The notes below the pieces were generated by a model. The model searched no databases and was not told where the DNA came from. It saw only the letters and a list, made by a program, of their open reading frames with translations. The position numbers were made by a program, and so were the translations under genes. 64,000 nt of DNA. It comes from Chrysomallon squamiferum. Its lineage: Eukaryota > Animalia > Mollusca. This document shows positions 54,943 through 64,000 of the stretch, in pieces. The stretch spans positions 12,648,001 through 12,712,000 of the forward strand of contig CM022674.1 in the NCBI GenBank assembly GCA_012295275.1, read 5' to 3'. How positions within the stretch are numbered: position 1 is the first letter of the stretch; every line of letters starts with the position of its first letter.

Positions 54943-55971
54943 CTATAATTAGGTTCACCCTTATGATCTTTTTAACACAAAACATTTAGCTACAGAAAGG
55001 AATGTGGTGTATGTCAATATGTTTAAAATGACCTGCTGGTGTTAGTGTAAGTATACAGGTAATAGAGTTTACCTGGCGATCGTTAAAGGTGAACACACAC
55101 ACACGGGAGAAATTACCTGTTCAGGTGTGTGAAGTGTTTAACATGCTGGTGTTGAGACAACTTATCATGTAGGGTAATTATACATTTCCTTCAGCTTCCT
55201 GCTCTTTTCATTTACATCTGTCTGTCGCTCAGCTGAATATGTAAACAAAAGCATTGCACATGCTAATGCATTCTGATGCATTTTTTCATGCATAAAAAAA
55301 AAAAAAACACGTTTGAGGTTGTGATTACACACACGTATACAAATACACAAATTAGATTATTTCCATTTTAGACAGCAGATTCAAAAAAAAAAAAAGATAT
55401 CATATTATAATATTTATATTTTTATCATGTGTATGTTATCAAATATATTCCATCCTTTAAGAATTATAACACGTAATTATGAAAGGCATTCACACTGTAA
55501 GAAATAATATATGGTATATTTCACACCTTGATGCCAATCAGAAATGACATAATTGGCAAAAACGTGAAACATTCCATTCATTTTACATTACTCTTCTGTA
55601 AATATATTTTCCTGGCTTCTCTAATTACGTTCTTCTACATTTATTGTGAAGGGAAATGATGCGCTTGAGATAAATTGAAGTTTCTGTTAGGCTTCTGTTA
55701 GACAGATCATTACATGGGCAATTCTACATTTAATTAGATTGATTTGGAAGGAGAAAGAAAGGGGAGACAGACAGAGAGAAAGAGAGAGAGAGAGAAAGGA
55801 ATTGAGAAGGTTGAGAGAGAGGTAATAAAGGATCAAGAGAATGAATTAATGAATCAGATTTAATTAAATGAATTACATTTTTAAAAAAAAAAAAAAAAAA
55901 AATCACAGGCAGACAGATAGAAAGACAGAGACACAGACAGAGGGAAACAAAGATAGAGTTCATGATCTTAT

Positions 55972-56009
<38 letters not shown>

Positions 56010-56387
56010 ATATACATATTCCTGTTGCAAAGAAAGAATGAATAACAGGAGAGAGATATCTGTTTCAAGACTGACAGAAAAACTGTTTCTATCAGGCTGT
56101 GGTGGAACAGCTTACTGTGTAGACAGTCTACTTAACTCGGCAGCGAGAACCCGAGGAAGACACGAGATTTAATCTCCATCGATTGTGTAGCAGCCGTACA
56201 AATGAATCTTGAGCATGAAGGGAAATCCTTTGTTAATAAAGTCAGTGGCCGTCAGACTCACTGAGCAGGATTACTCAGAAAGCAGGAATAAAATATTGAA
56301 TTATCAGCTTGATAGACTAAGTTGTACAATCTTTAAATTCAGAATTGGATACAGAGCACAAACAAATCATTAGTGGAAATGGTGTGT

Positions 56388-56422
<35 letters not shown>

Positions 56423-57657
56423 GTTTTGGGATTTCTTGAATTGATGGTCTTCTGCTTTGCAGATGTGTGCATATGTCTGTGTGTCTGTTTGTGTAAAAGT
56501 CTTTATTTCTGGTTGGTTGGTTTGTCATTCTTCGTGTGTGGGTAATTGTGTAAATATTTATTTCATCTGGTTTTGAGGGTCTCTCTCTCTCATACACATA
56601 AACTCTTTCATGGACAAAATTTAAAAACAAAATTTTTGTTTGAAATTTATAAATTAGTATTTGAATTATTCATTTCATTTTTTTAACTATAGATGAGTAA
56701 AATAACTTAAAATTCAGCGATTCACATATTACTAACAAGAATGGTACTGTAGTTACTGTGTTCGTAGAATATGTAGTAGCAATAGTTGATTCAGTGGAAT
56801 CAATAGCAGTAATAATACAAAATCAGGATGGTAATTATTGTTGTAATAATAGTGAACATGATAAAAACAGTGATAAGAATTATGATTATAGCAGTGATGA
56901 TGATGATTATGATGATGATGATGATTATAGTTACAATGATGATAATGACAGTGATGATTGTTATGATAATGGTAATGATGATAACAGATGGGATCTGATA
57001 AGAAAAGCAGGCTTGTTGGCAGAACTCATCCATGTTTAAAAAATCTATTTTTCAACATCGCAGACTTGTTGTAGCAAACATCATCCATGATGTTCCGACA
57101 GGTGTGATTATTAAAAAAAACAAATTTTTTTTTTTTTTTTTTTTTTAAACTTTTACCTGAATACACCTGCCCATACAATATGAATTTAAACTTCTTAAAG
57201 CATGTCGCATGTTTCATTTCATTATTACCATGGCTAGAAAAAAAAAATAACATTAACAAAGATATTGTTACAGGCAAGAATTCAGGTGAGTTCGTTAAGG
57301 TGTGACTACTTTATTGCTATGTTTATGTATGAGTTATTTAGTCACGATGTTAAAAATATGTAGAATGTTATTGTTCACTGTAGACTTTGTAATTTTTCAA
57401 CCCCCTCCCCTGTCCACTGGAGAGTATGGTTGCACTTATTTTGTTTGGGAGACCATAAATTATGAACTTTGCTTGTATGGGGTGTAATTTGTAAAAGTCA
57501 TCTGCACCTCGGTAAAGCAGACTGTATACTTTTATATGTGAAAATGTGTCTGTAGGATATTCTTTAATTATTTTAATTTTATATTATTATTTATATTTAT
57601 TTTTTGCGTGTACAAAATTACTATGAAAAATGTTTTTGTTTGGTCTTTGATGAAGAT

Positions 57658-57698
<41 letters not shown>

Positions 57699-58402
57699 CA
57701 TTATTTTTATTTTTATACAACCGTGTATGAATTGTTCCCTTTCTTCACTTTTAAAAAAAAAAAAAAAAAAGTCCTCACTACATGAATTATGTTTTTATTT
57801 TGAACGACATTGTCGAGACTATTTTAATACATTAGACTGAATTGCTCTCTTTGTCTGCCTGTTCGGGCTCTGTATAATTTCCCACCCCCTCTGTATTTAT
57901 TGTTCTGCTTCAGTGAATTCCCCAGTTTTGTTCAGGAGATGTTACAACTGATGTAACTTGCAGCAAGGTGTGTGTTTACTACAGGTAACAAGGTAAATTT
58001 GACATGGGTCCCTGTCTCGGTGGGTTAGTTCACTCTGGTTGTGGAAAACTGTGTGTGACAAATAATTTTATTTAATAATGAATTTTTGTTTAATTTTTAT
58101 TTCATTTTATGTTACCTGGTGATAGTATTTATTAGTTATTAAATATGTGTGTGTGCATATTATCCATATATATATATATATATGTTGGTGTGTATTTTAA
58201 TTTTAATGTTTTTATTGTTTTCATTATTATTTATTTGTATGTTTTTGATTGCTTTTTTTCTCAGTTGTAATACAATATCATAAAAATATAATACTAGAGC
58301 AGAAACCTGCAGCCATTATTCATTATACATTTATCAACTTAAGCATCTTCATTTTCAGTAAAAAAGTCGAAATGATGTGTTTTAAAAAAAAAAAATTAAT
58401 TT

Positions 58403-58510
58403 GTGGGACACTGGCTGGAATTGAAAATTGGTTCTGTGGTGTCACTGTGGAGGGTTGATCCTGTGATCTGTCATGCTTCAGTCATGAGCTTTGACCACCG
58501 AGCTGTTCCT
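58403..58510 (-). mobile_element. SINE 5' head fragment
   Basis: Minus strand reads AGGAACAGCTCGGTGGTCAAAGC...AGGATCAACCCTCC...TTCCAGCCAGTGTCCCACA, i.e. A box, B box and start of a SINE body. Confidence 0.55.
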
Positions 58511-58889
58511 GTCTTTGTTTAAGTCTGACTGGTTATCAACCTCAGCTTACAGCAGCTCTTTGAAGTGAAAGTCAGGAGTATTGATTTGTGATCAAATGGA
58601 AGAGTGAGGTTTTTTCAAATGAGCTGACACCGCTGATGATGCGATACGCCATCGTGGACATCATGGCCGCTTTACTGCAAGATGTCACTGCTTTTTGTGT
58701 TAATTAACCACTGATGTCGTGTCGTTTGGTGACCTTTTGCTTTGAGGTCATTAGTGTCATTAACTTGAGAGTCATTTGTAAAACAGTTGTTGTTAGATAG
58801 AAAGTGGTATATTATGGACAGTGGTGTAAGACTAGAAAGTAACAGAAAGTTGAATATGTCATAGTCACTGATGTAGTATTAGTACTTGT

Positions 58890-59236
58890 ATATCATTGTA
58901 TTATTTGATATTGTTCATTGGTCAGAGCTCAAATATGAGAGGTTCAAGGATCAAACCTCTTCAATGACCAGATTTAAATTTTTGAGTGAGAATTACTACT
59001 ATTTTCTAAAGGGAAACCAGCTACCATGTCTTCAGTACCTTCTAACACTGATTAGCAGTAAACAGTCATTTATATTCACCTTCCAATAGATAGAAACAAA
59101 AAACACAACGTCTGAGAAATCATTCAATGAATTTTTGTATAGGTTGGAATGAGCAATAATTCACTGAGGGAACTGAAGAGGCTAGATCCAGTGACACATT
59201 AAACCTGACCTGTACACTCTTCCCACCAGGCTATAA
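58890..59236 (-). mobile_element. Decayed near-full-length SINE (Nin-domain-like)
   Basis: Plus strand GGGAAACCAGCT...GATTAGCAGTAAACAGTCATTTATATTCACCTTCCAATAGATAG...GGTTGGAATGAG...CCACCAGGCTA. Minus strand starts TAGCCTGGTGG (A box). Shares layout with 58403-58510. Confidence 0.55.
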
Positions 59237-59559
59237 GCTGCTTGCTATAATAAAATCAAACTCTTAAACACACAAATCTTTGTCCCCCTACACAAACAGA
59301 CACTGTTAATGCATAAATGCATAACTTTCACAGCTCACTGTCTGTGAATAAACAGGAATTGATTTTAATACGTTTTTCATGTCACTTTGTTGTGCCTGTA
59401 GCATACAACTGTTATTGTACTCTCTTAACAGTGTGTTGCAGAGTTTAATCAACCTTTGTCAGTGTTTGTGTAATCATTGTCATGTTGACATATTACATTA
59501 CCTGGCCTGTCATTCAGGTGACATTTTACCTGTTGTTTATTTAAAGTATGTTACCTGCT

Positions 59560-60015
59560 CTTGTCATATATTACTGTCACTGACATATTACTTGATAGTC
59601 ACTGACATATTACTTGATAGTCACTGACATGTATATTACCTGTCTGTCACTGACATTTAAATTATCTGGTCTATCATTGACACATGTATTACCTGCCTGT
59701 CACTGACACATGTATTACCTGCCTGTCACTGACACATGTATTACCTTGTCTGTCATTGACACATATATTACCTGTCTGTCACTGACACATATATTACCTG
59801 TGTGTCACTGACACGTATATTACCTGTGTGTCACTGGCACATATATTGCCTGTGTGTCACTGACAGGTATATTACTGGTTGTGGCACTGACCTTTATGTT
59901 ACCTGGTCTGTCATAATGTATATATTACCTGGTCTGTCATAATGTATATATATTACCTGGTATGACTTAACATATATTACCTGCCATATATTAACATAAT
60001 TTACCTGTCACTGAT
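59560..60015. repeat. ~23-27 bp minisatellite, >15 copies
   Basis: Unit CACTGACACATATATTACCTGTCTGT. Confidence 0.9.
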
Positions 60016-60743
60016 GCATGTTGCTTGATCTGTCATTCATGTATTGGTTACCTGGCGTGTCACTCTAGACAGGTCCTCAGTTAATCAAAAATCATGTTTA
60101 CCTGTAACAGGTAATTGAAAAAAACAAGCATTTGTGTTATAAGCCATTTCTGACTGAAATATTCATGTTTGGTTTACATCTACATGTACCTGAATTGCGT
60201 TACCTGAAAAGGTAGTCTGTACAGACAGGTGTGTGACTTGAAATATGGATTAGATTTACCCACAGGACCTGTCAGAGACAGAATACATTTACAGGTAAGT
60301 CTGGAAAACTAATAATCTCTTTACCTGTGTGTTCTATTATCTCGTACTTGAAAGACGGCAGTTCTTTTCAAGAAGCCATTTTCACCTGGGGGTATATTGT
60401 TTGTAACTTGTGAATGTCTCACAATGTTTTATAAATTACTGTTTGTGTTTTGTGTTTTTTGAATTATTGTTATTTTCTTTTCCTTTTTTCTTTTTCTATT
60501 TTTTTTTGGTTGTTGTTTATTTGTTCACATTTTAAGGAAAGTACTTGGTTAGAACAGATTTTAGGAAAAGTTGTTATTGAAATTTGGTTGCATACTAGTG
60601 TATACTAGTGGATACTAGTGCTACAATTTCCAGATATGAATTTAGTTGTAACTTGAAATGAAGGGTGTTTTTGTGTGTGTAACTTGAGTGGGAGAGTGTG
60701 TGTTTATATGTGTGTGTGTGTGTGTGCTTGCATATGCATGTGA

Positions 60744-60781
<38 letters not shown>

Positions 60782-62082
60782 GTGTGTGTGTGTGTGCTTG
60801 CACGCATTCAACAGTATTTATTTATTTTAATTTTTTTTCTATTTATTTTCTACTAATATAAAAAGATGAAATATTTTATTCTGGAAATTGCCATACAATA
60901 CTTGTTTCTGTGAACATTTTACAACCACTGATTTGAATTTGAACATTAATGGTAGAAAGAAACATTACTTTAAAAAAAAATAAAAAAATAAAAATTTAGA
61001 GAAAGAAAAAAAGCTAAATATATATATATTTTTTTTTTTTTAAAAGAGTGATAAAATGTGAAACTTGGGAGACGGGAAGTATTAAATAAACAAAAATTTA
61101 AAAAATAAATAAATAAAAATTGAGAAAGTGAAAAAAGAGATAATATTGTGTTGTAATATCTAATAGTTTAATGTGGTAGATTGTGATATAAACTCACCTA
61201 ATCACACCTTGTTAATGTCACAAAACTATCGACTGAATCCTATTTGAATAAATAAATGCTAAAATCATTTGTTTTTATAAAACAACAAAACAATAAAAAA
61301 AAATCAATAAAATATTTAGAATTATATTTTTCAGTGAAAGGTTGAACTGTTGACTAAATCCTATTTGAATAAATAAAAGTGAAAAAACCTTAAAAATCAA
61401 CCAAAAAACAACAAAAATAGTAAAGAAAAAAAATCAATGAAAAACAACAAACAAAAGAAATGACTAAATATTTAAAAATAAACCAGCACTGTCAACACTA
61501 CTAGTTCTACTACTACTACTACTTCTACTACTGCTTCTACTACAACTACTACTACTAGCACTATTATTATTATTATTATTATTTTGCCACCATAACAACT
61601 TTAACAACATTGTTTTAGAAGCTATTACAATTACAGAAGTAACAACAACAGCTACTACTACAGCAGCCACCACCACCACCACTACTACTACAGCCTAAAC
61701 GTCTACTATGTGTACAGCTATTCCTTCTACATAGAACATCTATTACTTTTTTTTTTTGCTCTGTTTTTACATAATGTGTATGCACTTGTGAATACACATA
61801 AAATATTGATAACATTTTAAAAATAACACAGGTAATGATCTAAATCAGGTGAGAGAAGGTGAAACACAATATGTTCAACAGTGCACATTAACTTGTCAAA
61901 ACATCAAAGTTAACTATCAGACAAAATGAAAAAAGCTGGGATACTCACAGAAAAAAAGAGAAAAAAAAAAAAAATGGGAATATAAATAATAATATAAATA
62001 AATATAAAACAAAAATAGACAACAACAACAACAACAAATCAGAATGTATGTAAAATTAGGTAAAAAAACCCTAAAAACTAAG

Positions 62083-62120
<38 letters not shown>

Positions 62121-62639
62121 GCACAAACACAACATACACACATGATCAGGTAATGCAATTCTAGTACGTGTAGATGTCAACCATAATATGAATATTTCAG
62201 TTACCATCAGAAAGGAAAGGCTTATAACACAAATGGTTTTTTTTTTTTTTAATTACATAAAGCTAAATAAAGAGATAATAATTGAAAAAAAAAAAAGTAA
62301 TAGAAAAGAACAAGATGACCAAAAAAATTTTAAAAAAATCAAAAAAATCCTTAATATGCAGGCTATCACATCAACAGTGTAAAAACAGTGCTAGCAGTTG
62401 GAAGAGAAAGATTGTATCGGCTGGCTCACTGTGTGTGTTTGTGTGTAATTACAGATATCCACTCTTGTGTTCTCAGGCTGATATTTACTTGGTAACAGTC
62501 AGTTAGTTCTCTCACTTGTTAAATGACCCCATAACTTAACACTTGACAAAGCCAACTGACACTGGTTGATATGAATGCAGGGTGTAATATTTATGAATCC
62601 GTGCCCCGTAGGTTACGATGGTTGGCTCGCGATAGAGAA

Positions 62640-63140
62640 AATATGTGCTGTGAAATATTATAGCTTATTACACCCAGTGTATGATAATAAAATTATTACA
62701 TGGTGCTGAATGTTACAGGTTATTTATACTCTTAAGATATAAAAACTGAATTAATATGCAGTGTGAAATATTTTACAGATTATTGTCTTTTAGTATCATA
62801 AGAAAATAATTTCACAGTGTCAAATGTTGTAGATTGTTATACTGCATGATATAAAAACTAAATATATGTTGTGAAATATTTTACGCTATAGTTAAACGAA
62901 ATTATTATACAGTGTGAAATATTATAGGTTATTATACCCAAAGTTATAAAATCTAAATTAATATACAGAGTGAAATATTATCATTTCTTTTGTGAGATAT
63001 AAAAAACTAAATTTACTTTGTGAATTATTATAGGTTATTGTATCCAAAGATATAAAATCTAAATTAATATACAGAGTGAAATGTTATAGTTGCTTCTCTA
63101 AGATATAAAACTAAATATAGAATGTGATAAAGTTATAAAT
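62640..63140. repeat. ~55/110 bp degenerate repeat
   Basis: GTGAAATATTATAGGTTATT...AAGATATAAAA.CTAAATTAATAT units. Confidence 0.75.
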
Positions 63141-63289
63141 TTATATTCTACAGGTTACTTCAGCCAGCAAACAATAGTCAGATATGCTGGTTGCTATAAA
63201 CCATACACAAATGTCATAAAATAAATGTATTACAAGTTTAATCATTTTTTTTTTCTCTGTTGTTTATATATATATTTGTGTATTTTATT

Positions 63290-64000
63290 ACCAGGCATAC
63301 AATTATAAGAATAATATTTATTTAACTTTTTATATCATAAAGTACACACACAATGTAATACAAAAATTGTTCCAGTGTGAGTAATATTTATTTATTTATT
63401 TATTTTATTACAAGACACAATTACTAGTGTATACCATTTATTTAACTTTCAGTGTTGTACACAATGTAATACAGTGAAATATACTACAGTGTAATATTTA
63501 TTTATTTATTTATTTTATTACAAGACATAATTATTAGGTTATAAAATTTCTTTAACTTCCATTATTATAAAAGTACACAGGTGTGTAATATAAGGAAATA
63601 TGTTACAGTGTGTAATATTTATTTAACTTTCAGTGTTAGAAAAGTGCAACACAATGTAATACAAGGAAATATATCAAGGTGTTTAATATTTATTTATTTA
63701 TTTTATTTTTTACAATGTAATACAAGGCATATAATTTATTTAGTTTATTTACAAACATATATTAAGTGTATAAAAGTACAATGTAATACAAGGAAATATA
63801 TCAGGTTGTAATATTTATTTTTTTTTTTATTACAAGACATATAATTACAAGGAAATTAGTAATATTTATTTTTTTATTTTATTACAAGACATATAATTAT
63901 TAGTGTATAAAAGTGCAATGTAATACAAGGAAATATATCAAGGTGTGTAATATTTATTTATTTATTTATTTTATTACAAGACATATAATTATTAGTGTAT
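63290..64000. repeat. ~80-130 bp degenerate repeat running off the window
   Basis: AATGTAATACAAGGAAATAT...GTAATATTTATTTA...TTACAAGACATATAATTA units. Confidence 0.8.

Noticed and set aside
56758-57110. Asp/Asn-rich ORF (biomineralisation-like) and a possible exon after ATAACAG at ~56987
   Set aside because: Derived from a GAT/AAT trinucleotide tract. The phase-1 join from exon 3 hits TGA within four codons, and there is no ELFIS-like BAH motif.
63145-63225. Acceptor-like TTCTACAG|GT with a short open frame as the next RERE exon
   Set aside because: Translation (GYFSQQTIVRYAGC...) is unlike the expected BAH continuation and ends in a stop without a good donor.

Overview
Very AT-rich, microsatellite-dense eukaryotic (animal) genomic DNA, not prokaryotic. 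Decayed tRNA-headed SINEs suggest a mollusc, probably a gastropod (inference). The window holds the 5' part of one + strand gene, an RERE/Atrophin-2 orthologue. Three coding exons (27003-27312, 32320-32390, 39346-39451) join in phase through GT-AG sites into 162 codons, ending in the N-terminal half of the BAH domain. A probable non-coding first exon/promoter lies at ~1000-1238. The next BAH exon was not found, so the last intron exceeds 24.5 kb. The rest is intron: GC-richer 150-500 bp islands, often with homotypic TF-motif clusters, separated by microsatellites and local minisatellites. Apart from 27003..27368 (RERE exon), the listed ORFs are repeat or chance artefacts. I see no clearly new gene system. 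The best leads are (i) minisatellites that repeatedly start at an island edge and decay away from it, (ii) a CpG-rich internal promoter candidate at ~53.4-53.95 kb with CCAAT boxes and two RFX X-boxes, and (iii) nuclear-receptor, TALE and ZEB-type motif clusters.
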